This document shows, in pieces, positions 46,993 to 56,741 of a stretch of 64,000 nt of DNA; the first letter of the stretch is position 1; every line of letters starts with the position of its first letter. Below the pieces are notes generated by a model. The model saw nothing but the letters and a program-made list of their open reading frames with translations, was not told the origin of the DNA and made no database searches. Both the position numbers and the translations under genes were made by a program. Source of the stretch: Sumerlaeia bacterium (GTDB taxonomy: Bacteria; Sumerlaeota; Sumerlaeia; SLMS01; JAHLLQ01); assembly GCA_040219255.1 (NCBI GenBank), contig JAVJSW010000077.1, positions 1 through 64,000 of the forward strand. Direction: 5' to 3'.

Positions 46993-48099
46993 AGCAGCGC
47001 GCAGCAGCGGCAGCCAAATCTTTTCGATAAACTGCCCGGCCACCGGCGGCGAGGCTTCTTCCTCGATCGCAAGGCGCCGATCACGGTAGGGTTCCCAAAT
47101 GCCGCCGATGCCTCGGTCACGCAGGGCTTCCACAAACGCCGTGGGGCTCTCGAAGAGCGGAAGGCGGCCGTGTCCACCGAAGTAGGACGTGCGCAGAAGC
47201 GCCGGATGGGTCTGGCACGCTTTGTCGATCAGGGCGACCGGCCGGCCCGTTCCGAGGGGGGTCAGAAGATTTCGCGAGCCATCGGTTACCAGAAGGGCCG
47301 CGCGGTCGTGGGGTTCGAGACTCACCTCGAAACCGAGGCTCAGGAGTTTCTCGCTCAACGTGAGCGCCATCAGATTTTCGCGCAAGGCGACTTCGATGAG
47401 CCGGGGGCGGGGGACGGGCGGACCTTCGGGGCCGGGCTCGCGGGGCCGCCAGCCGAGCGAATCCCACCGCAGTCGCGGCGCCAGGCCGAATGATTGCTGA
47501 TGATCGAAAAAGTCCCGATGCCCCACGGCGAAGACATCCATCGCTTCGTCCTTTCGGGGCAAGAGGCGCTCGGCCTTACCCAACTCGAGCCACAATTCGG
47601 GCAGCAGAAGGGCGGGAAAAGAGCAGCGGCCGGGCATCCCGCGCTGGCGCAGCGGGGGTTCGACTTCCTGCACCAAACGCCGGGTTCGCACCAGACTGTC
47701 GCTGAATTCCGGCGTACAGATGAAGCCCAGCGGCCGGTAAATCGCGGCCACCGAGAGGATCTGGTTTCGGGCCAGCGCCAATCCCTCGCGGCCATCGGCG
47801 ATGGAACCCCAAGAAACCGGTACGACCGCGTGGCCAAGGTCCCGGGCGCGATCCTTGGCGAGAGACGAATCGGTGAGTATCGCCAGCGGTTGCGTAACGG
47901 GAACCGGAGTCCCTGCCGCGGCCTCGCGCAGTTCGTCCGCCGTCGGCAGGAGATGAGCCAGGCTCTCGCCGCTCGACCCAAACAACCCAAGGATCAGCGC
48001 CCAGGACGGACGTCGTTCCAGGGGCAACAGGACTCCGCCCGACAGGCGCGAGCCCAAGCGGGCGAGCCTTAAACCCAGCGACCGGCGGAAAGCTGCCAT
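46984..48099 (-). CDS. Hypothetical protein (possibly degenerate GT-B fold)
   Basis: ATG coupled to the GT4 stop (TGATG); MAAFRRSL start. Confidence 0.55.
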   Translation of the reverse strand: MAAFRRSLGLRLARLGSRLSGGVLLPLERRPSWALILGLFGSSGESLAHLLPTADELREAAAGTPVPVTQPLAILTDSSLAKDRARDLGHAVVPVSWGSIADGREGLALARNQILSVAAIYRPLGFICTPEFSDSLVRTRRLVQEVEPPLRQRGMPGRCSFPALLLPELWLELGKAERLLPRKDEAMDVFAVGHRDFFDHQQSFGLAPRLRWDSLGWRPREPGPEGPPVPRPRLIEVALRENLMALTLSEKLLSLGFEVSLEPHDRAALLVTDGSRNLLTPLGTGRPVALIDKACQTHPALLRTSYFGGHGRLPLFESPTAFVEALRDRGIGGIWEPYRDRRLAIEEEASPPVAGQFIEKIWLPLLRAASG

Positions 48100-49376
48100 C
48101 AGCCCGCCGCCTCCATCGCAACGGCTTCCCTTGCGCCCAACAACGCCTCGACCGCTTCGCCGATGCGGGCCGCGCGCGTTTCGAAGCGGAAGGAAGCGAC
48201 CTTCTCCCAAGCCGCGCGAGCCAAGGAAAGGCGCCGCTCCTCGTCCGAGAGAATCCGCTCGATGGCCGCGGCCCACTCCCGTTCGTCGTCCGGAGCGGCG
48301 AAAAGCGCCTCTCTTTCGTCCTCTAGCATCGAACGTAGCGATGGCACTCCGGAAGCCACCAGCGCGGCGCCGGACGCCATCAGTTCGAACAGCTTGATCG
48401 GGCTGGTATAGAAACGGGCGATTCGTGGTCCCCGGGGCAGAGGGATGAGTCCGATCTTTGCCCGCCGCTGATAAGCCAGCACCTCGCTGTGGGGCAACTG
48501 ACCGAGCCAGTCGATGCGCCCGGCAAGACCCCAATTGTTCGCGAACTTCTTGGCGCAATAGAGATCGGAAGGGCTGTTGCCTCCGATCACCGTCAGCCGA
48601 ATCGCCGGGTCGCACAAACGCAAGGCTCTCAAGGCGATATGGAAGCCCTTCCACGGATAGAGCTGGCCGGTGTAGAGAAGATCGAGGTCGCGGTTTTCGA
48701 AATCGGGGGGTTCGGCCGATTCCAGACGGACGGCGCTTGGCAGAAGCCCCGCGCGCCCTGGTGGCAGCGAACTCTCGATCTGGCGCAGGAGCGGCTCGCT
48801 GATGCAGAAAACATAGTCGGCGAGCGCGATCCGCCCCCGCTCCCACTGGACCGCCTCGCGGACGCGGGCTTTCTTGGCGGCCAGCGAAGCTCCCGGCACC
48901 TCCTCTTCCCATTTTTTCGTGGCCTTGAGCTGATGCAGCTCGAGAAGCAGGGGCACCTTCAAGTCTCGGTTTTCCAGAACATCGCGAAAAAACCCGACGA
49001 CCGGAATGTTGCGCGTGTAAATGACTGTCCCGGCCGCGCCCGCCGTCAGATCGGCGCGCCAGTTGGTGATCGCTTCCCGGCGCCGCCGCGTCGAGCGTCC
49101 GGCGCTCCGGTCCTTCAGGATGTCGTCCGATTCCTCCTCCGAGGCACCGGGAAAGAGCAGGGCGAATTCCAGGTTTGATGGCTGCTCCAAACCCATCGAG
49201 GCGAGAAGGGCTGGCGGCTCGACCGGATAGCCAGTGCAGCGCAATTCGACCTGCCAGTCCGGGAAGGTCCGGGCCATCGCCACCGCCGTGTTGACGATCA
49301 TGATCGTGTTGGCGCGGTGATCGTGCAGGGGCGTCCAGACGGCGAACAGAAACCGCGGCCTGAGCGGCTTACTCAT
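48099..49376 (-). CDS. Glycosyltransferase family 4 (paralogue of 40716-41981)
   Basis: YTGQLYPWKG, TSPIKLFELMASG. Confidence 0.9.
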   Translation of the reverse strand: MSKPLRPRFLFAVWTPLHDHRANTIMIVNTAVAMARTFPDWQVELRCTGYPVEPPALLASMGLEQPSNLEFALLFPGASEEESDDILKDRSAGRSTRRRREAITNWRADLTAGAAGTVIYTRNIPVVGFFRDVLENRDLKVPLLLELHQLKATKKWEEEVPGASLAAKKARVREAVQWERGRIALADYVFCISEPLLRQIESSLPPGRAGLLPSAVRLESAEPPDFENRDLDLLYTGQLYPWKGFHIALRALRLCDPAIRLTVIGGNSPSDLYCAKKFANNWGLAGRIDWLGQLPHSEVLAYQRRAKIGLIPLPRGPRIARFYTSPIKLFELMASGAALVASGVPSLRSMLEDEREALFAAPDDEREWAAAIERILSDEERRLSLARAAWEKVASFRFETRAARIGEAVEALLGAREAVAMEAAG

Positions 49377-52300
49377 GGGCGGCGCGCTTTGTCAGGGCCT
49401 CTGTGCCGCGCATCAGTTCGAGGCGGGCGTCGCGCAACATGAAACCGCCGCGCTTGGCCGGACCGAAGTCCATCAGGTCGATGGACAAATTGAAGCGCTC
49501 GTTCCCCGTGCTTTCGAAGGGCACCGTCAGTTGGCTGGGGAAGGGCCGGGTGGCATGGTCCGGGGTGGTTGTGTAGCCCGCCATGGCGCTGCGAAGTCCA
49601 TCGGAGGAAGAAACACGGACACGCAATTCCGGCCAGATTTCGCCCGATGGCACCGTGTCGCCCGCTGTTTCAAGGTCGACCGTCAACTGGTAGAGGCCGC
49701 GTTCCAGAGGGCCGAACGGCTGGCTGACCCAGGCTCCGAAGGAGCCGGGCGTGGTGTTGTCCGATTCGAGAAAAAGTGCCAAGCCTGATGGCTCGTCCAT
49801 CAAGGCTGGAGCGCCGAACGCTCCAGGGAAGGCCAAGGGCTCCCAGCGCGACGCGGAAAGCGTGGTGAGCGGTTCGAGCCCGGATTGCTGCAAGGCGATC
49901 AAATCGACCCGAGGGGCGAGGCAATCGTCCGCATAGGCCAGCATCTCAAGGTCCACCTCCCGAATCAGGAAGCCGCCCCGCTTGGCCGAGGGACTGAAAT
50001 CCATCAGGTCGACGGATAGGTTGAAGCGCTCGTTGCCCGCACTCGAGAACGGCACCGTCAGACGGTCCGGGAAGGGGCGTGTGATGTGATCGATGGTCGT
50101 GGTGTAACTGGCCATGGCGCTCTTGAGGCCGTCGGACGCCGAAACGCGCACGCGGATTTCCGGCCAGGACTCGCCCACGGGAACGTCCGCCCCCGCTGGC
50201 TCCAGATGGATCGTCAGCCGGTAATTCCCAGCGGCCAAGGGGCCGAAAGGATTGCTGACCCAGGCTCCGAAGGATCCCGGATTCGTGTTATCCGACTCCA
50301 GCGCCAGCGACAAACCCTCCGCCCGATCCTCCAAGTTCGGTTCGCCAAAGGCTCCTGTCAGCAGAAGCCGTTCCCAATGCGAAAGGCTCAGGTTGCGAAG
50401 AGGGTCGAGCCCCGAATCGCCTCCGCCAAGCACGTCGACACTGACCGGAATGCACGGGTCTTCCGTCGAAGCGTCGATGCGCACGCTGCCGCTCTCGGCG
50501 GAAAAGCCGCTGCCGCCGGAGTCGGTGACACGCACGCGATAGCCGTCGCCGGTCGAGACCGACGGGATGAACGGCCAGCGAAAATACCCTGTGTTCGGCA
50601 CGTTGTCGGCGATGGTGCGTTGAAAGGCGCCGTTGCGTAGCAGGTCGAGCTTCATCGGGGCCGCCGCTGTCAGCGAACTCTCCCAGATCACCGTCAGCCC
50701 GCCGCCAACGAAGGCCGTTTCGCCCCCGCGCGGTTCGTTCACCACAATGCCTTCCGGTGAACTCTCGGCCACCACGTCGAAGCGGGCGCTTTCCGTCTCC
50801 GCCTGCGTTGTCAGGTTCTTGATCGCGATCGAGTAGTCGTCGCGCAGAGCCTGCTTCTTGTCCACTTCCCAGCCGAAGCTGCCGGAATTGGGAACGCCCG
50901 CCGCCAGGGTGCGGTTGAACCCGCCGGACTTGTACAGGTCGATTTGCATCAGGTCCGTCGGGCTGCCCACCACTTCCCAAACGATGGGCATGGTGCGTCG
51001 TTGCTCATAATCGTCCCCGGCGGCGGGCAGGAGGACCTCAAACGAATCGGCGGGTGCCACGCGGAAGGTCCCGTCGCTCGTGTCGGTCAGGTTGTTCTGC
51101 AATTCTGTGATGCGGATGGCGTAATCGTTCGCTTCTTCGAGGGAAGCGGGCACGCTCCATCGATACCAGCCCAAATTCGTGGCGTTGCTTCGCAGTGTCT
51201 GAATCGATGTTCCGCCCTTGAGCAGTTCGATCCTCACCGTCGCCCCCACATCACCTTCGGAGACCCAGCGCACGACTTGCTGGGTACCCGGCACGAGGCG
51301 CTCGCCGCCGTTGGGATAAGTCACCTGAAGAGTCGTTTCCGCGGGAAGCTCGAACGCGTTGGCGATCGCTTCATTCGTCGCCTTGACCTTCGCCGTGAAG
51401 TCCGGGTAGGGATTGCCGTACTGATCGATCACGCCGGAATTGCGGCCCAGGTAGTAGCTGCTGTCGATCCCCTGAAAGCTGGGCGGTGCGCTGTTGGTTT
51501 GCAGGATGTTGGCCGCCCGGAACCACTGGGCCCCGATGATGTAGGGGCTGCTGGCCCACTGGCGCACCATTTTTTCGTAGACCGTGCCGCGGTCCGCGTC
51601 CGTATCCACACTGCGGTGAAACCAGCCCACGTCGTCCGTCCGGTTGTTGCCGGTGGCGATGCCGCTCTGGCGGGCGTGAACACCGAACTCACTGATATGG
51701 ACGGGGATGCCGGCACGCTGGGCCAACTGCTCCAGAAAGGCGAAGTTCTCCTGGGTACGGATTCCTTCGAAGTGCTCGTCGCCCGGGTAATTGTTCACCG
51801 CGATCACGTTGTAGAAGTAGCCGGGACGTTCCTGCGTCAGTTCGCCGAGGACATCCATCACCATCAGCATTTCCGTCATGTCGCGGTTGGGATAATCGCT
51901 GAGTTCGAATCGGTTCGTGAAGATCGGATAATGCAGATCCGCCAGGCCGTCGCCATCCGAATCGCCGGTGGCCGCGATTTCGTAGGCGCGCAGCGTTTCG
52001 CACCAGAACCGGAAGTGCGTCTTGAGCATGTGCTTGAGGAACGCCTCGATGTCCGGGCGGATGGGATCGTCCAGGTGCTTGCGCACCACATGACGCTGCA
52101 CCGAGGGCGAAAGAAGGTCGTCGAACGATGTCAGATAGAGATTGCGATAGCTCACGCTCTTGCCGTTCACGGTCACGCTGGAATTCCAGGTGTTGACCAT
52201 CGCTTGCAGATCGTTGTTGTAACGCGTCCGCATGAAACTCACGAATTCATGCTTCGAATAATCGCCCCACATATACAGATCGAGGTACTCGACGGCGATT

Positions 52301-53490
52301 TCGTTTTCCGTGAAGTAGCCGGCGAAGTCCGGATGGCCCGGTCCGTTCTCGCCCAGCGCGTTCATTTCGCCGATGATATAATTGCGCAGGAAATTCTGAA
52401 GGTTCGGGTTGAAGGGATCGGGGTGCGGTTTGTTGTCGCTGCGCGTGTTGCCCTGGTAATCCTTGAGGAGAAAATCCTCGTCGAAATCCTCCGGATCGAG
52501 CGGCAGATACTCCAGAAACGTTTCGCCCTTGGGATGCAAATCCAGATTCACCCGGGTCGGGTCCGTGATGGCGTCCGCGTTGAAGCCCAGGCTGCCCATC
52601 AATTGCCAGATATGCAGATCCCATTCGTTGTTGGTGATCTCGTTTCCCAGGAAGCGCGTCGGCAGGTTATTGTAGAGCACCGGGTTGATGCGCTGGCGGA
52701 TCTTGGTGAACTGGGCGCTGCGGATCCACATGGGGCGCCCTGTCGGCGTGGTCATCCACCAGGCGCCATCCTCGCCGCGCCGCACGCTGAAGTGCCCCGT
52801 GGCGGGGAACCGCGGCGGCGCTCCACGGCGAGCGGTCAGCGGATCGGGCGTGAAGGTCTTGAAAGGCAGGTTCTCATTGTATTCGCTGTTGGAAATCTGC
52901 ACCAGCGACACATCGTCGAATCGGACCGATCCCAGCGTACTGACGGCGCCGAGTTTGATGCGCAGGTTGTCCGTGTCGCATTCGCAAAACCCCCGGTCCT
53001 CGCGGCGGATCAGGCGAATGTTGGCGGTGAACTCGCGCCAGTCGCTCGACGGCGGCAGGTCGAAGATGATGGTTTCGATAAAACTCGAACCGTCGAACAT
53101 ATCGATTTCGATGGCCGCCTGATGGCCGGTCACGTTCTCGGTGCGGTACCAGACGGAAAAGCGATAGTACTTATCGTGCTCGACGGGAACGGCGTATCCG
53201 CTATCGAGACGATATCGGGCGTAGTTGTTCGTCCCGTACTCGATCGGCAGGAATTGACCATAGGAATGGCCGAGACGGATACCGCGGGACCCGTAGCGCC
53301 CGAGCCCCTCGCCATATTCCTGAATCAGAGCGGCCGGCTCCACTTTGTAGTCATCCACCCACTGCGACCAACCGTCTGGGCGGTTGGGCTTCGCGGCGGG
53401 CGTCTCGAAATCGCCGTTCGGCACAAGGTTTGCAAAAGCGAGAGAAGTCAGAGCCAGAGTCGTGGAGAGCAGAGTAAGCAGAAGCCGCAT
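49369..53490 (-). CDS. Large secreted modular glycoside hydrolase (CBM-like + clan GH-A/GH50-like + three Ig-like + duplicated C-terminal domain)
   Basis: NLVPNGDFE; WWMTTPTG, PDPFNP, GYFTENE, HISEFG, YIIGAQWF; PNGGE...W repeats; tandem C-terminal duplication. Confidence 0.75.
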   Translation of the reverse strand: MRLLLTLLSTTLALTSLAFANLVPNGDFETPAAKPNRPDGWSQWVDDYKVEPAALIQEYGEGLGRYGSRGIRLGHSYGQFLPIEYGTNNYARYRLDSGYAVPVEHDKYYRFSVWYRTENVTGHQAAIEIDMFDGSSFIETIIFDLPPSSDWREFTANIRLIRREDRGFCECDTDNLRIKLGAVSTLGSVRFDDVSLVQISNSEYNENLPFKTFTPDPLTARRGAPPRFPATGHFSVRRGEDGAWWMTTPTGRPMWIRSAQFTKIRQRINPVLYNNLPTRFLGNEITNNEWDLHIWQLMGSLGFNADAITDPTRVNLDLHPKGETFLEYLPLDPEDFDEDFLLKDYQGNTRSDNKPHPDPFNPNLQNFLRNYIIGEMNALGENGPGHPDFAGYFTENEIAVEYLDLYMWGDYSKHEFVSFMRTRYNNDLQAMVNTWNSSVTVNGKSVSYRNLYLTSFDDLLSPSVQRHVVRKHLDDPIRPDIEAFLKHMLKTHFRFWCETLRAYEIAATGDSDGDGLADLHYPIFTNRFELSDYPNRDMTEMLMVMDVLGELTQERPGYFYNVIAVNNYPGDEHFEGIRTQENFAFLEQLAQRAGIPVHISEFGVHARQSGIATGNNRTDDVGWFHRSVDTDADRGTVYEKMVRQWASSPYIIGAQWFRAANILQTNSAPPSFQGIDSSYYLGRNSGVIDQYGNPYPDFTAKVKATNEAIANAFELPAETTLQVTYPNGGERLVPGTQQVVRWVSEGDVGATVRIELLKGGTSIQTLRSNATNLGWYRWSVPASLEEANDYAIRITELQNNLTDTSDGTFRVAPADSFEVLLPAAGDDYEQRRTMPIVWEVVGSPTDLMQIDLYKSGGFNRTLAAGVPNSGSFGWEVDKKQALRDDYSIAIKNLTTQAETESARFDVVAESSPEGIVVNEPRGGETAFVGGGLTVIWESSLTAAAPMKLDLLRNGAFQRTIADNVPNTGYFRWPFIPSVSTGDGYRVRVTDSGGSGFSAESGSVRIDASTEDPCIPVSVDVLGGGDSGLDPLRNLSLSHWERLLLTGAFGEPNLEDRAEGLSLALESDNTNPGSFGAWVSNPFGPLAAGNYRLTIHLEPAGADVPVGESWPEIRVRVSASDGLKSAMASYTTTIDHITRPFPDRLTVPFSSAGNERFNLSVDLMDFSPSAKRGGFLIREVDLEMLAYADDCLAPRVDLIALQQSGLEPLTTLSASRWEPLAFPGAFGAPALMDEPSGLALFLESDNTTPGSFGAWVSQPFGPLERGLYQLTVDLETAGDTVPSGEIWPELRVRVSSSDGLRSAMAGYTTTPDHATRPFPSQLTVPFESTGNERFNLSIDLMDFGPAKRGGFMLRDARLELMRGTEALTKRAAHE

Positions 53491-53637
53491 GATTTTAACT
53501 ACAAGACAAAAATAAATGGCCTGCCAACATCAAGGCCGAGCCAAATTGCCTTAACCATCGCACTCGGGGGACTCTTCTGCAAGGAGAATTGAATACAGGA
53601 CCGATACGAATATTCCGAATCGTACGAAATTATTCGT

Positions 53638-54807
53638 TTACATACTCTGGCTCACACCGACAACGGCTATCCCAACGTAGGTCGCGATTTCAAAAAGCAC
53701 CCAGAAACGCACAAAGCCTTTTCCGGCTCCCGAGTATTGAAACGCATAGATCAACCGCGCAAGACCGCAGCAGAAAATCAGGACGGCCCACCCATACTTT
53801 TCTTCCCCGCAGGCCGCGACGATCAGCCAGATCGTCACCGCCCAGTATCCAAGGAGAAAAAGCCCGTTGATGATTTTGCCCAGCGGGGTCTCGAAAAACT
53901 GAATGATCGGCGGATCTTCGCCGAACGCGAACATGTCTTCGTCCTCATAATAGTCGTCCTCTCCGAACTCTCCGCCTCCCATATCGTCAAAGCCATCCCC
54001 CCCCGCCTCCGGGTCCGGCTCGAAACCCTCGGCAAAGGCGTCCTCGCCCAGAGACCCGCTCGCGAAGCCGTTGCTCTCGGGGTCCGGTTCGGCGAAGCCT
54101 CCGCCGCCAAAAGGATCGCTCCCCGCCCCGCCCGCCGGGGCTCCTCCAAAGGGATCGCCCCCACCAGCGGGCGCACCGCCGAAGGGATCGCCGCCACCGG
54201 CCGGCCCGGCTCCTCCGCCAAAAGGCGCGCCGCCTCCGCCGCCGAACGGATCGCCTCCGCCCATGGGGGCTCCGCCAAAGGGATCGGCCCCGCCCCCCAG
54301 AGGCGAGCCGCCGAAGGGATCGGAGCCACCCCCGCCGCCCAGCGGGGCGACGCCCGAGGAGGCCGCCTTGGGCGGTTCCGGCGGGCCGAATCCGAACACC
54401 GCGCTGACCGGCACCGGGAAACTGCCGCTGCCCCCCTTGGGACGAACGGTGAACGTTTCGCCCTCCAGGCCTAAAATCGTGACTTCCCGGTGAACGACTC
54501 GGCGCCGATTCTGGCTGATTTCCATGTCATAGCGTTCGCCCTGGCCCGAAGGCCCAAAGGTCAGCGATACAATACGCGCCGCCTCCACCGGGTAAGCCTT
54601 CTGACCGGCGGCCAGGGAAATCTGAAGGATCAGGTCCCCCGCGTCCCCATCCTCCGGCACCTCTCGCGCCGCACTCTCGACGGTCACGCCGGAGAAATCG
54701 CGCACCTGCCCGTTCATCATGTCGAGTTTCAAATTCGCCGCGGCTCCGGCGGTGCCGGCCGCCAGGAAGATGAACATTCCGATCGCCCAAATGAATCGCA
54801 AACCCAT
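53638..54807 (-). CDS. Exported/membrane protein with Gly-rich DPFGG repeats
   Basis: Signal peptide, six DPFGG + one APFGG, acidic linker, C-terminal TMs. Confidence 0.7.
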   Translation of the reverse strand: MGLRFIWAIGMFIFLAAGTAGAAANLKLDMMNGQVRDFSGVTVESAAREVPEDGDAGDLILQISLAAGQKAYPVEAARIVSLTFGPSGQGERYDMEISQNRRRVVHREVTILGLEGETFTVRPKGGSGSFPVPVSAVFGFGPPEPPKAASSGVAPLGGGGGSDPFGGSPLGGGADPFGGAPMGGGDPFGGGGGAPFGGGAGPAGGGDPFGGAPAGGGDPFGGAPAGGAGSDPFGGGGFAEPDPESNGFASGSLGEDAFAEGFEPDPEAGGDGFDDMGGGEFGEDDYYEDEDMFAFGEDPPIIQFFETPLGKIINGLFLLGYWAVTIWLIVAACGEEKYGWAVLIFCCGLARLIYAFQYSGAGKGFVRFWVLFEIATYVGIAVVGVSQSM

Positions 54808-54962
54808 GGATGGCCCTTTGAAGAAGAGAAGCGCGCCCGCCGCGGTGAGTGGAGCACCCGGTCTCGAAAGACCGCCCCCGGCGAACGCGAGTCCCGGTGA
54901 TATCAACTGCAAGCGGCGAAATCATTGCGGCCCCGGTGGAGTCGGTAAAGCGAAAATTCGCC

Positions 54963-55487
54963 TCAATCCGCACAACGCAGCTTGCGCTTCAGTTCCTCAC
55001 GCTTCTCTGGCGTCAAGTCCGCTTCGGAATCAATCATGTCCGCGACCTTTTGCGCGTTCGGCCCCACCGACCGATAGCCGCACCCGGGCAGGAAGGGCGG
55101 TTCCGGCTCCCACAGCAGAGCCCTCGGATAATCGCGGCACATGCCGGGGCGGCTGCCGTAAGAATCGCAGCGGCGCGTTTCCTCGTCAAAGTGCGTGCAG
55201 CGAAACACAAAGGCCCGATGCTCGGGTGCCTGGCGGATCAACTCGAAGCCGTTCACGCGCCGGTGCCAGCCCAACCACAGCCGCTTGACTAACCCATTGC
55301 GAAGGACCAGAGCATTTGTCTGAATCGTGGGCGACTCGCAGCATTTCGCGCAAAGCCGGCAATCGCCCCTGAGCCGGTGGGGCCTTTCGCCCCTCGCCCG
55401 CCGGATGACCCGCGTCAGCCTCGAATCGGCGAAGAAAACGGCGCGGGCGATCGCTTTCAGGAAACGGCGGGGCAAGTTGTCTCGCAT
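54963..55487 (-). CDS. YkgJ-family cysteine cluster protein
   Basis: CRLCAKCC...C...C..Y..RP..CRDYP. Confidence 0.85.
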   Translation of the reverse strand: MRDNLPRRFLKAIARAVFFADSRLTRVIRRARGERPHRLRGDCRLCAKCCESPTIQTNALVLRNGLVKRLWLGWHRRVNGFELIRQAPEHRAFVFRCTHFDEETRRCDSYGSRPGMCRDYPRALLWEPEPPFLPGCGYRSVGPNAQKVADMIDSEADLTPEKREELKRKLRCAD

Positions 55488-55664
55488 GCGGAAAGCCACC
55501 GGGGCGTGGGCTGAAGCATCGAAGCCTTGACGAAGGGGCTCACCTTCTCTCTCGACGCGCGCCCCCCCTTTGCCATAATGCCAATTCGCGTTCAACGGGC
55601 ACTTTGTCCCAGGCGCGGGATATTCCGCGGCGCCCCCCCGCAGCCGCCCCCCTCACCGGATATC

Positions 55665-56741
55665 ATGCGCATCCTCTACGTCAGCGAACAAGACCTCTGC
55701 CGGGGACCGATGGCCCGGGTCCTCTCGATGAAAATCGCCAAGGAACTCCAGGCCTTCGGCACCACCTTCGACAGCGCGGGCGTTCGCGCCGTGACGAATG
55801 AACCGCCCCCGGAAGACCTGACGATATTCATGCGGACGCAGCGGCTGAACATCGCCTCCCACGCCAGCCGGCCCCTGACCTCGACCCTCGCCCGCCAGAG
55901 CGATGTACTGCTCTGCATGACCCACGCCCTGGCCCGCGAAGCGCGCGACATGCTCTCGCCCAACGAGCAGGGCAAAGTTCTCGTCTTCCGCAAAGCCGTC
56001 GGATTGGGCAAAGGCGTTCCCGCGCAGGAAGATATCGGCGGCCTGGAAGTCTTCGACCACAAAGACATGATGCGCCTCTTCGTCGAACTCAAAGCCATCA
56101 CCGGCCGCCTCGTGCGGGAAATCGTAACCCTCGACGCCACACCCGAGGACCTCGGCGTCAAAGGCGTCACCAAGCGCGTCTCCAGCCTTCTCGATCAGCC
56201 GGAAATGCGCCGCTTCCTCGCCCAGGCCATCCGCGACCACCTGGAACGCACCTTCGAACCGGCCACCACCCAGCAGCTCTGCGAGTGGCTCCAGACCCTG
56301 GGCCGGCCCCTGGTCCCCGCCGACGTGGAAGAGTTGATCGCGGAAGACTTGTCTCCCCTGATCCAGCGCGACGACTCGGGGCGCTGGGACATCGACGAAC
56401 GGGTGAAGGCGGACGAGGAGCGCCGCGCCCGCGACCAACGCGCCCGCCGCGTAAAGGAACGGGAGGAAGCCCGCGAGCGCGCCAACGCCAAGGCCAATGG
56501 CGCTCGCGAAGCCCCGCCCCCGCCCGACGACGGCGCCAAGCTCACCCGCGAGGAAGCCTACGCCCTCCTGATGATCACGCCCAACACGGCAAAGCACGAG
56601 GCCTCCAAGACCTATAAGAAGCTCCTGATGCGTTATCATCCCGACAAGTTCCACGATGACGAGGGCTTTCGCCAGATGGCGGAGGCGAAGGCGAAACGCA
56701 TCAACGAGGCCTGGGCATTGGTGAAAGATTCCCTCGAGTGA
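55665..56741 (+). CDS. LMW-PTP/ArsC-like pseudo-phosphatase fused to a C-terminal J domain
   Basis: MRILYVSEQDLCRGPMA, DSAG, SHASRPLT, DVLLCM; RYHPDKF...INEAW. Confidence 0.8.
   Translation: MRILYVSEQDLCRGPMARVLSMKIAKELQAFGTTFDSAGVRAVTNEPPPEDLTIFMRTQRLNIASHASRPLTSTLARQSDVLLCMTHALAREARDMLSPNEQGKVLVFRKAVGLGKGVPAQEDIGGLEVFDHKDMMRLFVELKAITGRLVREIVTLDATPEDLGVKGVTKRVSSLLDQPEMRRFLAQAIRDHLERTFEPATTQQLCEWLQTLGRPLVPADVEELIAEDLSPLIQRDDSGRWDIDERVKADEERRARDQRARRVKEREEARERANAKANGAREAPPPPDDGAKLTREEAYALLMITPNTAKHEASKTYKKLLMRYHPDKFHDDEGFRQMAEAKAKRINEAWALVKDSLE

Noticed and set aside
46984-48912. 642-aa version of the ORF
   Set aside because: The first ~270 codons overlap the GT4 gene in another frame; the true start is probably 48099.
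49420-50440. Diversity-generating retroelement TR/VR pair
   Set aside because: Both copies are coding in one ORF, differences are not adenine-specific, and no reverse transcriptase is present.
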